A stretch of 64,000 nt of DNA from a virus: the IMG/VR virus record IMGVR_UViG_3300021961_000023; one strand, given 5' to 3'. Below, one piece after another: positions 29,531 to 39,358 of this stretch; position 1 is the stretch's first letter, and every line of letters begins with the position of its first letter. The notes under the pieces are model-generated. The model had not been told where the DNA came from. It saw only the letters and a program-made list of their open reading frames with translations, and searched no databases. Made by a program: the position numbers and the translations under genes.

Positions 29531-31226
29531 GACTATTCGATATAAGAACTTCCTTTCAACTGGAAATCATTTTACGGAGTTCAATCTCACAAGTAACTCT
29601 ACTACTCTTATTATTGGCAGTAATGGTGCTGGTAAATCAACCGTGTTAGATGCACTTACTTTCACCTTATTTGGCAAACCCTTTCGTAAGATCAATAAAC
29701 CACAACTTCCAAATACTGTCAATGATAAAGATTGTCTTGCAGAAGTTGAGTTTTCTATTGGAAGTACAGAGTGGAAAGTAAGGAGGGGGATCAAACCAAA
29801 TATTTTTGAGATCTATCAAAATGGTAGATTACTAGATCAAAGTGCCTCTTCTATTGATCAGCAAAAGTGGTTTGAGCAAACTGTTCTGAAAATGAACTAT
29901 AAATCATTTACTCAGATTGTGATTCTGGGTAGCAGTACTTTTGTTCCATTTATGCAACTCACTGCTGCAAATCGTCGTGAGGTCATTGAAGATCTTCTTG
30001 ATATTAAGATTTTTTCTTCAATGAATAGTATCGTTAAGGATAAACTAAAGCAGGCAAAAGATGAAGTTCATACTTTGGAACTAACAAAAGAGTCTGTTAA
30101 AGATAAAGTTGATATGCAATCTAACTTTATTGAAGAGTTAGAAAATCGTGGTAAGTCTAATATTAAATCTAACAAAGAAAAGATTTCAAAGTTAGATAGT
30201 GAAGTTGATACTTATATGAAGGAGGTAGAGTCTTTAGAAGAACCTCTTCGTGAACGTATTAGTGAGCAAGATAAGATTATTGGATATGCTGAAAAACTAC
30301 GTAAACTTGGAAACCTAAAAGGTAAAATCTCAGAAAAAGTATCTGCTATTACAAAAGAGCACAAGTTTTTTACTGAGAATACGGTATGCCCAACCTGTAC
30401 ACAATCTATTGATGAAACCTTTAGAATAAATAGAATTAATGACGCTCAAAATAAAGCAAAAGAGTTGCAGTCTGGTTATAAAGAACTAGAAGAAGCAATT
30501 AAAGAGGAAGAAGAGCGAGAGCGTCAATTTAACGCTCTATCTAAGGAGATTTCAAATCTAACGAATGGCATTTCTCAAAACAACATTAAGATTTCTGGGT
30601 GTCGCAAACAGATCAGAGATCTTGAACATGAAATTCAAGTTCTTACCGAGAACCTTGCAAACAGAAATTCTGAGCATGAAAAGTTAGAAACTTTTAAACA
30701 AAAACTGAAGAGTACGCAAAAAGATTTAGAGTCTAAAAGAGATCTCATTAGATACTATGATTTCTCTTACAATCTACTCAAAGACGGTGGAGTTAAAACT
30801 CAAATCATCAAGAAGTATTTGCCTCTCATCAATCAACAGGTAAATCGTTATCTGCAGATGATGGACTTCTATATTAACTTTACTTTAGATGAAGAGTTTA
30901 ATGAAACCGTCCAATCTCCCATTCATGAAGATTTTACATACGCATCATTCAGCGAAGGAGAAAAGATGCGTATCGATCTTGCTCTTCTATTCACTTGGAG
31001 AGAAGTAGCAAAACATAAGAACTCAGTAAATACTAATCTGTTGATTATGGATGAAGTATTTGATAGTTCTCTTGATGGATTTGGAACTGATGATTTCCTA
31101 AAGATTATACGTTTCGTAATCAAAGATGCAAACATTTTTGTAATCTCCCATAAGGATGGATTGCAAGATAAGTTTGATAATGTGATTCGATTTGAAAAAG
31201 TTAAAGGATTTAGTAGGATGATTTGA
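29517..31226 (+). CDS. gp46: Recombination ATPase gp46 (Rad50/SbcC-like)
   Basis: GSNGAGKST, CPTC hook, FSEGEKMR and IMDEVFD motifs. Confidence 0.96.
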   Translation: MILFKTIRYKNFLSTGNHFTEFNLTSNSTTLIIGSNGAGKSTVLDALTFTLFGKPFRKINKPQLPNTVNDKDCLAEVEFSIGSTEWKVRRGIKPNIFEIYQNGRLLDQSASSIDQQKWFEQTVLKMNYKSFTQIVILGSSTFVPFMQLTAANRREVIEDLLDIKIFSSMNSIVKDKLKQAKDEVHTLELTKESVKDKVDMQSNFIEELENRGKSNIKSNKEKISKLDSEVDTYMKEVESLEEPLRERISEQDKIIGYAEKLRKLGNLKGKISEKVSAITKEHKFFTENTVCPTCTQSIDETFRINRINDAQNKAKELQSGYKELEEAIKEEEERERQFNALSKEISNLTNGISQNNIKISGCRKQIRDLEHEIQVLTENLANRNSEHEKLETFKQKLKSTQKDLESKRDLIRYYDFSYNLLKDGGVKTQIIKKYLPLINQQVNRYLQMMDFYINFTLDEEFNETVQSPIHEDFTYASFSEGEKMRIDLALLFTWREVAKHKNSVNTNLLIMDEVFDSSLDGFGTDDFLKIIRFVIKDANIFVISHKDGLQDKFDNVIRFEKVKGFSRMI

Positions 31227-31227
31227 A

Positions 31228-31944
31228 ATGGAAAAGATTTTAATCACAGGACACAAAGGGTTTATTGGTCAGCATGTTTTTGCTGATTGGCAACAGACTC
31301 ACAATCACTTGTTAGTAGGGATTGATTTTCCTTACGATATTGGTAACTTTGATGGTGGAGATTACGATCTTGTGATTCATCTTGCTGCATATGCGGATAT
31401 TCGTGACAGTCAGGAAAACCCAGAAAAATATTATGACAATAACGTAATCAAAACTAAAAAGATTTTTGATTGGTGTAGAGAAACGAATACTCGTTTGTTA
31501 TATGCATCGTCTAGTGCTGTTGAAGAGAGATATTGGACAAATCCATATGCAATGACTAAATGGATTAATGAAATCATGGCACCACCCAACTCAGTTGGTA
31601 TGAGATTTACAACCGTTTATGGTCCTGGTGGTCGTGGAAATATGATGTATGATCTTCTCAAAAATAAGAAAGCAAAGTATGTGACTAATCACAAACGTGA
31701 TTGGATTCATATAAAAGATGTTTGTCGTGCTATTCGATATCTTGCAAGTAGTGATGTTACTGGTCCTGTAACAATCGGAACTGGAAAATCTGTTGCAGTA
31801 AAAGATCTTGCAAAAGCATTTGGACAAGGACATCTTCCAGTTTTGGAAGATACTCCTGGTGAACGGGAAGATAATGTTGCAGACATTTCTATTATGAAGA
31901 GTATTGGATGGTTCCCAACGATTGATGTCCTTGGTACAGTATAA
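31228..31944 (+). CDS. NAD-dependent epimerase/dehydratase (extended SDR)
   Basis: TGHKGFIG, HLAA, YASSS, YxxxK (YAMTK) and RDWIHIKD motifs. Confidence 0.88.
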   Translation: MEKILITGHKGFIGQHVFADWQQTHNHLLVGIDFPYDIGNFDGGDYDLVIHLAAYADIRDSQENPEKYYDNNVIKTKKIFDWCRETNTRLLYASSSAVEERYWTNPYAMTKWINEIMAPPNSVGMRFTTVYGPGGRGNMMYDLLKNKKAKYVTNHKRDWIHIKDVCRAIRYLASSDVTGPVTIGTGKSVAVKDLAKAFGQGHLPVLEDTPGEREDNVADISIMKSIGWFPTIDVLGTV

Positions 31945-32027
31945 ATAGTGGCACACGCCACTACCTATGGATCTTGACGAGAACACCATATGGTATGATA
32001 AGATTATCAACCAGTTTATTCAAGGAA

Positions 32028-32192
32028 ATGAACACTCCAAATTGGCAGCACCACAGCAAGAAGGAGCAGAAACGAAAACTGAAACCTCAAGCACTCCGAC
32101 AAGCAAAGGCACGACTGAGCCACTTTAAAAAGCGGCACATGACCTCCCCCAAAAAGGGAGGTTCTTTTGTATTGTATACCTATACGAACTGA
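32028..32192 (+). CDS. Small basic hypothetical protein
   Basis: MNTPNWQHHSKKEQKRKLKPQALRQAK; AAGGA immediately upstream. Confidence 0.6.
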   Translation: MNTPNWQHHSKKEQKRKLKPQALRQAKARLSHFKKRHMTSPKKGGSFVLYTYTN

Positions 32193-32197
32193 ACCCC

Positions 32198-34345
32198 ATG
32201 CCTGTTTTCACTCACGAAATCAAATCCCAACTTGCCAGACTGCTTGCCACTGAGGATTTGGTGGTGGAGCACAAGAAAGTTCAGACTGCCTCTTTCAATG
32301 TTCATACTCGTGTTCTGACACTTCCTACCTGGGACAAGGCAAGTGGAACTGTGTATGATCTTCTGGTTGCACATGAAGTGGGTCATGCTCTGTTCACTCC
32401 TGATCGTGATTGGCTTGCTGAGCGTAAGATTCCTCTTCAGTTTGTGAATGTGGTTGAAGATGCTCGTATTGAAAAACTGATGAAGCGTAAGTATCCTGGT
32501 CTTCCTAAAACTTTTTTCAATGGATATCAGGAACTGAATGATAAAGATTTCTTTTCTCTAGAAGATGAAGATGTTTCATCCTTCAATCTTGCTGATCGTG
32601 CCAATCTTCATTTCAAAATCGGCAACTTTTATCCTCTTTCGTTCAAAGAGGATGAACAGTCGATCATTGACATGATTGCAGCAACAGAAACTTTTGATGA
32701 AGTTCTGGATGCTGCAGAAATCCTGTATAACTACTGCAAAGAAGAGAACGAAAAGATTCAAACTCCTAGTCTGGATGAACTAGAAACTAATAATCAAATG
32801 AGTGGTAGTGGCAACACTCCCATGGACAGTGATTCTATTGAGGAAGATGGTGATGATGGGCAGAGGAAAGAAACTGAAGGATCTTCTTCTGATGGTGTGA
32901 GTAACTCTATTCCCTCTGATCCTCTTAAATCTTCTGATGAAGACATTGAGATTCAGACTGATAAATCTCTATCCGATAATCTTCAGGAACTGAATGATAA
33001 TCGTATTGAAGAAACTGTTTATCTGGAAGTTCCTTCTGTTAATCTCAATACTATTGTGATCTCCAACAAAGATCTTCATGATTCTTGTGACAGATATTAT
33101 GCAAACATGATTGAGATTCATGATACACCCTCACTGTATTTTGAACCAGACAAGTTGTTTACTTCTTTCAAGGTTTCTGCTCAAAAAGAAGTCAACTATC
33201 TTGTAAAGGAGTTTGAATGTAAGAAGTCTGCATCTCAGTATGCCCGTACTTCAGTATCTCGCACTGGTGTTCTTGATACAACTAAACTTCATACTTATAA
33301 GTTTAATGACGATCTTTTTAAAAAAGTAAATGTCATCCCTGACGGTAAAAATCATGGATTGATTTTTGTTTGTGATTGGTCTGGATCTATGGGAAATGTT
33401 TTGCTTGACACAATCAAGCAAATGTTCCAACTGGTATGGTTCTGTAAAAAAGTACAGATTCCTTTTGAAGTCTATGCTTTTACTACAGAGTGGTGGTCTA
33501 CTCAACATGATTCTGCAGATGGTACTCCTCTGTTTCCTATTGATCACTATAAAAAACGTGAGAACCTTCTTTCAGTTCATCCCAACTTTAGTATGATGAA
33601 CATTCTCACTAGTGGTGTGAGTAACAGAGAACTTGACCGTCAGATGAAGAGTATTTGGCGAGTTGGGGTTCATTACTCTATGCACACTCATTGTCCTATT
33701 CCTCATGTCCTTGAACTTTGTGGAACTCCTCTCAATGAAGCAATTATTTCTCTTTTTGAGATTATTCCAGACTTCAAGAAGCGTACCAATGCAGAAAAAG
33801 TAAACGTTGTTGTTCTCAGTGATGGGGAATCTAACAATATTGCTCGCCACCGTGAAGTAAAGCGTTCTTGGGAAACAGAATCCTTTATTGGGATTGGACA
33901 TGTTCCTTTTGGTGCTTATATTCGGGATCGTAAGATTGGAACTACTTATAGTATTTCTAAGGCAAATGAGAATGAGAATATTGGAATGACTGTTACCCTC
34001 TTGCGTAATCTCGCTGATCGATTCCCTCAAGAAAACTTGATTGGTATTCGTGTTTGTGAGTCTCGTGATTTTTATCATCATCTTCGCCGTTATATTGGAT
34101 GGACAAACCAATCACTTGAGAATACTCTTACAAAACAATGGAAAAAAGAGAAAGCAGTTGCTCTCCCCAACTCTGGATATAAAAAATACTTTACCTTGTC
34201 AGCATCTTCTTTGTCTCAGGAATCTGAGTTCAAAGTAGAGGAAGATGCAAGTAAAGCACAGATTAGGAATGCTTTTAAAAAGTCTCTTACTGCAAAGAAG
34301 ACTAACAAAAAGATTCTTAGTCAGTTCATTGAACTTGTTGCCTAA
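32198..34345 (+). CDS. HExxH peptidase-like domain plus vWA (CobT-like) protein
   Basis: HEVGH and NVVEDARIE; acidic linker; MIDAS DWSGS; GTPL and LSDGE. Confidence 0.85.
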   Translation: MPVFTHEIKSQLARLLATEDLVVEHKKVQTASFNVHTRVLTLPTWDKASGTVYDLLVAHEVGHALFTPDRDWLAERKIPLQFVNVVEDARIEKLMKRKYPGLPKTFFNGYQELNDKDFFSLEDEDVSSFNLADRANLHFKIGNFYPLSFKEDEQSIIDMIAATETFDEVLDAAEILYNYCKEENEKIQTPSLDELETNNQMSGSGNTPMDSDSIEEDGDDGQRKETEGSSSDGVSNSIPSDPLKSSDEDIEIQTDKSLSDNLQELNDNRIEETVYLEVPSVNLNTIVISNKDLHDSCDRYYANMIEIHDTPSLYFEPDKLFTSFKVSAQKEVNYLVKEFECKKSASQYARTSVSRTGVLDTTKLHTYKFNDDLFKKVNVIPDGKNHGLIFVCDWSGSMGNVLLDTIKQMFQLVWFCKKVQIPFEVYAFTTEWWSTQHDSADGTPLFPIDHYKKRENLLSVHPNFSMMNILTSGVSNRELDRQMKSIWRVGVHYSMHTHCPIPHVLELCGTPLNEAIISLFEIIPDFKKRTNAEKVNVVVLSDGESNNIARHREVKRSWETESFIGIGHVPFGAYIRDRKIGTTYSISKANENENIGMTVTLLRNLADRFPQENLIGIRVCESRDFYHHLRRYIGWTNQSLENTLTKQWKKEKAVALPNSGYKKYFTLSASSLSQESEFKVEEDASKAQIRNAFKKSLTAKKTNKKILSQFIELVA

Positions 34346-34361
34346 ATATCTAAAAATTTTT

Positions 34362-34541
34362 ATGGATAAGTTTCCTTTTGATCATGTAGTAAAACTCTTA
34401 GAAAAAGAAGTTTGGATTAAATGTGATAGTGCTATTACCGCTATGGGCATTAGTGCAGTTGTTAAAAAGTATTATCCTGGGTTTACTGCAAAAATTTGTA
34501 ATGAAGAACATCTGAGCAAGTTAAAGCAGACAGTTTTGTAA
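34362..34541 (+). CDS. Small hypothetical protein
   Basis: ATG 34362 downstream of TAAATA at 34343-34348. Confidence 0.55.
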   Translation: MDKFPFDHVVKLLEKEVWIKCDSAITAMGISAVVKKYYPGFTAKICNEEHLSKLKQTVL

Positions 34542-34612
34542 CTGGCACATCGGGGGTTGAGACGCCCCCTTTTTCATGTATACTAAAGTATACCAAACAA
34601 ATCCCTCAAACA

Positions 34613-35719
34613 ATGACTCGCGTGAACAACAACCAACTGATTGAAGATCTGATCAGCGTCTATGGAACTGAGTTGACTGCTGCAGACGTAAAAGGTTATT
34701 GTGCTTCTAAGGGTATTTCTTACCCCACTGTTACTCGTCGTCTTGAGCAATATAAAACCTCTCGTGGTCGTTGGAATCTGGAGGTCACTCAAGATAAAGT
34801 TGAACAGATTGAACGTTCTTTTAGTGCCCCCTCTGTGCTTCCTGTTGTGCAACAAAACCTTATTCCTGAAAAAGACAACACCTTTGTCGCATTTGGTAAC
34901 TTCACTGATGTGAAGAAAATCATCAAGTCTGGTATTTTTTATCCGACGTTTATTACTGGTCTTTCTGGTAACGGTAAAACGTTCAGTGTGGAGCAGGCAT
35001 GTGCTCAACTGGGTCGGGAACTGATCCGTGTAAATATCACCATCGAAACTGATGAAGATGATTTGATCGGTGGTTTTCGTCTTGTTGATGGTAACACTGC
35101 ATGGCATAACGGTCCTGTGATTGAGGCACTTGAACGCGGTGCTATTCTGTTGCTGGATGAGATTGACCTTGCATCTAACAAGATTCTTTGTCTCCAGTCC
35201 ATTCTGGAAGGTAAAGGTGTGTTTCTTAAAAAGATTGGCAAGTGGGTTAAACCCGCTCCTGGTTTCAACGTGATCGCCACCGCAAACACCAAGGGTAAGG
35301 GTTCTGATGATGGTCGTTTCATCGGCACCAACGTTCTCAACGAAGCATTCCTTGAGCGTTTTCCTGTGACCTTTGAGCAAGAGTATCCCTCTGCTACAAA
35401 TGAATATAAGATCCTCTACAAAGTTGCTGCACCTCTTGGAGTTACTGATCTTGACTTCTGCAAGCGTCTTGTGGACTGGGCAGACATTATCCGTAAAACC
35501 TTCTATGATGGTGGTATCGATGAAATCATTAGCACTCGCCGCCTTGTTCATGTGATTCGTGCTTATAGCATCTTCCAGGATAAAGCAAAAGCAATTCAAA
35601 TCTGTCTCAATCGTTTTGATGATGAAACTAAACAGTCCTTCTTGGAACTGTATGACAAAGTTGATGCTGATTTCCAACTTCCTACTACTGAACAAGTTGA
35701 CCAGGAAGCACCTTTCTGA
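34613..35719 (+). CDS. cobS: MoxR/CobS-like AAA+ ATPase
   Basis: GLSGNGKT, LLLDEID, ATANTKG and NEAFLERF motifs. Confidence 0.9.
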   Translation: MTRVNNNQLIEDLISVYGTELTAADVKGYCASKGISYPTVTRRLEQYKTSRGRWNLEVTQDKVEQIERSFSAPSVLPVVQQNLIPEKDNTFVAFGNFTDVKKIIKSGIFYPTFITGLSGNGKTFSVEQACAQLGRELIRVNITIETDEDDLIGGFRLVDGNTAWHNGPVIEALERGAILLLDEIDLASNKILCLQSILEGKGVFLKKIGKWVKPAPGFNVIATANTKGKGSDDGRFIGTNVLNEAFLERFPVTFEQEYPSATNEYKILYKVAAPLGVTDLDFCKRLVDWADIIRKTFYDGGIDEIISTRRLVHVIRAYSIFQDKAKAIQICLNRFDDETKQSFLELYDKVDADFQLPTTEQVDQEAPF

Positions 35720-35725
35720 TATGAT
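35697..35725 (+). promoter_or_regulatory. Sigma70-type promoter
   Basis: TTGACC-N17-TATGAT with extended TG. Confidence 0.65.
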
Positions 35726-35756
35726 TGGGGGAGGTTAATATGACTTCTTCCTTATC

Positions 35757-36158
35757 ATGTTTGGTCCAGAAGATGAACAAAATTTAGTTCAAAATCATTC
35801 AACAACTTTTACTATTTCTTCTTTGAGTACTATGTCTGAATCCAAAAATCATCTTTGGAAATACAATGAAGATAAAATCCTGAAAGATATTGAGGATTAT
35901 GTGACTTCTACTTATGGTAGTCACTATTGCGGTCACAATCAGCAATACAAAGACACGCAAACGATTGATCTGATGGCAGCAAAAGACCTTGCAGCACATT
36001 TCTGTCAGGCAAATATCCTGAAGTATGGGAGTCGCTATGGTGACAAGGATGGGCGTAACAAGCGTGATCTACTGAAAGTTATTCACTACGCTATGCTGCT
36101 TCTTCATTTTGATGGTCATTATTCTCGTAAGGATAATGGTCTGACAGAATTCCGTTGA
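35757..36158 (+). CDS. DUF3310-like protein (possible nucleotide kinase family)
   Basis: SHY...ANILKYGSRYGDKDG...DLLKVIHY; true start may be downstream. Confidence 0.65.
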   Translation: MFGPEDEQNLVQNHSTTFTISSLSTMSESKNHLWKYNEDKILKDIEDYVTSTYGSHYCGHNQQYKDTQTIDLMAAKDLAAHFCQANILKYGSRYGDKDGRNKRDLLKVIHYAMLLLHFDGHYSRKDNGLTEFR

Positions 36159-36160
36159 TT

Positions 36161-36847
36161 ATGAAACTTAAACCAAAAACTATGAAACTTTCTGAAAAAA
36201 CTGTCTCCCTTCTTAAGAACTTTTCCTCGATTAATCAATCGTTGCTCTTTAAGAAGGGTAACTCTCTTCGTACCATTTCTCTTGCAAAGAATATTCTTGC
36301 TGAAGCAGAACTGGAAGATGAGATCCCTCAAGACTTTGCCATTTATGATCTCAACCAATTTCTAAATGGTTTGTCTCTGCATCAAAGCCCAGAACTTGAT
36401 TTTCAAAATGAAGGTCATGTTGTAATCCGTGAAGGTAAGATGCGTTCCAAATACTTCTTTGCGGATCCTAGCGTAATCACCACTCCTCCTGATAAGGAAA
36501 TCAATCTACCAAGTGAAGATGCTTGTTTCGTTCTGAAGACTCAAGAACTGGATAAACTTATTAAAGCAGCAGCAATCTATCAACTTCCTGATCTTTCTGT
36601 GATTGGAGAAAACGGAGTTGTGAAACTTGTTGTTCGTGATAAGAAAAACGAAACTTCTAATGATTTTTCTATTATTGTTGGAGAAACTGAATCAAACTTC
36701 ATTTTCAATTTCAAGGTAGAAAATATTAAGATTCTTCCTGGAACATATGAGGTTGTTGTCTCTAGTAAACTCCTTTCTCGTTTTGAAAGTTCTGATAGGA
36801 AGCTGGTTTACTTTATTGCTCTTGAACCTGATTCTACCTTCGGATGA
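36161..36847 (+). CDS. gp45: Sliding clamp gp45
   Basis: MKLSEKTVSLLKNFSSINQS, FAIYDLNQFL and YFIALE motifs. Confidence 0.94.
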   Translation: MKLKPKTMKLSEKTVSLLKNFSSINQSLLFKKGNSLRTISLAKNILAEAELEDEIPQDFAIYDLNQFLNGLSLHQSPELDFQNEGHVVIREGKMRSKYFFADPSVITTPPDKEINLPSEDACFVLKTQELDKLIKAAAIYQLPDLSVIGENGVVKLVVRDKKNETSNDFSIIVGETESNFIFNFKVENIKILPGTYEVVVSSKLLSRFESSDRKLVYFIALEPDSTFG

Positions 36848-37008
36848 TGCCTAAGTGGGAAATTACATACCGTGTTCCCACCATGGGTACACGGTATCTT
36901 ACTAGAGTTGTAGACGCTCAATATCAATGGGAAGCAAAAAAACTTTTTGAAGCAGAAGTTCCGTCTGCTACAGTGTGTGGTAATCCAAGACGAGTTCCTT
37001 TCACTTAA
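36847..37008 (+). CDS. Small hypothetical protein (not in the ORF track)
   Basis: 53-aa ORF MPKWEITYRV...RVPFT filling the gap; start overlaps the g45 stop. Confidence 0.55.
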   Translation: MPKWEITYRVPTMGTRYLTRVVDAQYQWEAKKLFEAEVPSATVCGNPRRVPFT

Positions 37009-37010
37009 AA

Positions 37011-37220
37011 ATGAACAAGTTTAGATCGGGTGACTGTGTAAAGTTTGTCTCTTATTCTACAGAGCAAGTTAACTGGGGTGGAAATGATGACCCCATAAAA
37101 GTTCTTACTATGGAAGGAACGTATACAATTGAAACGGTTGATGTACATTCTCAGCATACTAAAGTAACATTAGAAGGTATCACTGGTAGATTTAACTCAG
37201 TTCACTTTAAAAAAGTCTAA
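37011..37220 (+). CDS. Small hypothetical protein
   Basis: 69-aa ORF coupled to the next gene. Confidence 0.6.
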   Translation: MNKFRSGDCVKFVSYSTEQVNWGGNDDPIKVLTMEGTYTIETVDVHSQHTKVTLEGITGRFNSVHFKKV

Positions 37221-37732
37221 TGAACATCTTTGTAACTTCTCCTTGGCCTGCTGAAAGTGCTGTATGTCTTCCTGATAAACACATTGTCAAGATGCCATTA
37301 GAGTGTTGTCAAATGCTTTCTATTGTAGCATCTGAAAAATGGGGTCATGGTTATGGTACTTTGCCTAAGACTGATGGAACTCCATATAAAACTGAAAAAG
37401 GTGCGTTTCGTAATCATCCCTGCACTAAATGGGCAATGGATAGTATCCACAATGCATATTGGTTGATTAAGTGGGGTCTTAACTTGTCTGATGAGTACGC
37501 CCTACGCTATAATAAAACGCACTCCTGTTACAAGACTCTTGTAGATGCTTATTATCTTTTCCCCAAAGGAAAGATAACTGAAGTGACTCCATTTGCTAGG
37601 GCGATGCCTGAAGAATGGAAATTTGATGATAGCATTGATACCTTTACTGCTTATAAAAGGTACATTGCTTCAAAACCTTGGGTGAAGGATAACTACCTTC
37701 GTATGCCTGAGCGTAAACCTAACTGGATTTGA
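37220..37732 (+). CDS. Pyrimidine-dimer DNA glycosylase-like protein (DenV-related family)
   Basis: MNIF...DKHIVKMPLECCQML, NHPCTKW and AMP motifs. Confidence 0.8.
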   Translation: MNIFVTSPWPAESAVCLPDKHIVKMPLECCQMLSIVASEKWGHGYGTLPKTDGTPYKTEKGAFRNHPCTKWAMDSIHNAYWLIKWGLNLSDEYALRYNKTHSCYKTLVDAYYLFPKGKITEVTPFARAMPEEWKFDDSIDTFTAYKRYIASKPWVKDNYLRMPERKPNWI

Positions 37733-37734
37733 TT

Positions 37735-38679
37735 ATGAACAGTGATTTTATTTGGGTTGAAAAGTATCGCCCTAAGACGATTGATGATTGCATTCTTCCC
37801 GAAAGTATTAAGAAAACCTTTACTGACTTTCTAAATAAGGGAGAAATTCCAAATATGCTTCTTGCTGGACCTCCTGGTATTGGCAAGACAACTGTAGCAA
37901 AAGCACTTTGTAACGAGTTGGGAGTAGATGTTTATGTCATCAATGGATCCGACGAAGGTAGATTCCTCGATACTGTCCGAAACAATGCGAAAAACTTCGC
38001 TTCGACCGTTTCGCTTTCGTCAGATGCTAAACACAAAGTCATCATCATTGATGAGGCAGATAACACAACCAACGATGTACAACTCTTACTACGGGCGTCT
38101 ATTGAGGAGTTTGCTGGTAACTGTCGATTCATCTTCACCTGCAACTATAAAAACAAAATCATCGAACCTCTCCACTCTCGATGTGCAGTCGTTGACTTCA
38201 ATGTTCAAGGAAAAGAAAAGGCAAACATTGCTGCAAGTTTTTATGGACGCCTTCAAGATATCCTACAGAAAGAAGGTGTAGAGTATGAACAAAAAGTACT
38301 GGCAGAACTTATTAACAAACATTTTCCAGATTGGAGAAGGGTTCTTAACGAGTGTCAACGGTATTCAGTGGGAGGAAAAATTGACTCGGCAATTCTTGCA
38401 TCTTTCTCAGACATCTCTGTAAATGAACTAATCAAAAAACTGAAGGAAAAAGATTTTCCTGCTGTTCGTAAATGGGTTGTTAATAATCTAGATAACGACC
38501 CCAGTGTTCTCCTACGTCGAGTTTATGATGCTCTGCAAACGTCTGTTGATGGTCCTTCTCTTGCTGCTGCTGTCCTTGTAATCGCAAAGTATCAGTATCA
38601 GATCGCTTTTGTTGCTGATCAAGAGATCAATCTTCTGGCAGCACTTACTGAAATCATGGTGGAGTGTAACTTTAAATGA
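37735..38679 (+). CDS. gp44: Clamp loader large subunit gp44
   Basis: WVEKYRP, GPPGIGKTT, IIDEAD and PLHSRC motifs. Confidence 0.96.
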   Translation: MNSDFIWVEKYRPKTIDDCILPESIKKTFTDFLNKGEIPNMLLAGPPGIGKTTVAKALCNELGVDVYVINGSDEGRFLDTVRNNAKNFASTVSLSSDAKHKVIIIDEADNTTNDVQLLLRASIEEFAGNCRFIFTCNYKNKIIEPLHSRCAVVDFNVQGKEKANIAASFYGRLQDILQKEGVEYEQKVLAELINKHFPDWRRVLNECQRYSVGGKIDSAILASFSDISVNELIKKLKEKDFPAVRKWVVNNLDNDPSVLLRRVYDALQTSVDGPSLAAAVLVIAKYQYQIAFVADQEINLLAALTEIMVECNFK

Positions 38680-39356
38680 TGCAACTTGATTTTGAAGAAG
38701 TTTGGAAACCAGTTATTATCGCTGGTAAAGAAACTTCATGGTATTCCATTTCTAACTATGGGAGACTTGTATCTCACTTGAAAAAACAATCAACTGTTTG
38801 TTCTCGTGATAGTCTTGGTAGGATTGTAAAGGGTGGATCAATCAGTAACTATTTTGTTGATCCATCTTACAGAAAAGATATTAAGTTTAGTCTTGCGAAG
38901 CATAAAGATGGAACTGTAAAATCAATCTACAAGAAGTTACACTTACCTGTTGATTTTTTTCAAGGCACATATCTTGAGAATGAGGAGTTTTATAAACCAA
39001 GTGAAACTACAATCAAGTATCATGCAAATGCTCATCAACTAGTAATGTGGGCATTCCGCCCTATTGATAAGTATCCACCTGAACGTTTAGCACATTGTTG
39101 GAATGCTTTGCCAGAGGATGCAAAGCAATGGATAAGTGAATGTGTTATAATCAATCATATTAAGCATGATCCAACTCAAAACTGGATGTGTGCTGATGGT
39201 CCTCATCCACAAGATTCTCTAGAGTATTGCACTCCTGGTGAAAATACTAGAAAAGCAAAAGAGTTCTATGGCGGTAATCATGCTAATAAAGGAAAACTAG
39301 TTCAGTTAAACTCTGAAGAAAAACTGAATCCACTTAAACTATTATTGTATTCTTGA
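38676..39356 (+). CDS. NUMOD4-HNH homing-endonuclease-like protein
   Basis: EVWKPV...YSISNYGRL (NUMOD4-like); HQLVMWAF...INHIKHDPTQN...LEYCTPGEN (HNH-like). Confidence 0.7.
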   Translation: MMQLDFEEVWKPVIIAGKETSWYSISNYGRLVSHLKKQSTVCSRDSLGRIVKGGSISNYFVDPSYRKDIKFSLAKHKDGTVKSIYKKLHLPVDFFQGTYLENEEFYKPSETTIKYHANAHQLVMWAFRPIDKYPPERLAHCWNALPEDAKQWISECVIINHIKHDPTQNWMCADGPHPQDSLEYCTPGENTRKAKEFYGGNHANKGKLVQLNSEEKLNPLKLLLYS

Positions 39357-39358
39357 TC

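Noticed and set aside
34583-35695. 370-aa minus-strand ORF antisense to the cobS-like gene
   Set aside because: Same in-register shadow effect; no protein motifs and opposite to the uniform gene orientation
34613-35719. Cobalamin biosynthesis as an auxiliary metabolic function
   Set aside because: Only a MoxR-type ATPase and a vWA partner are present; no cobN or other cob genes in the window
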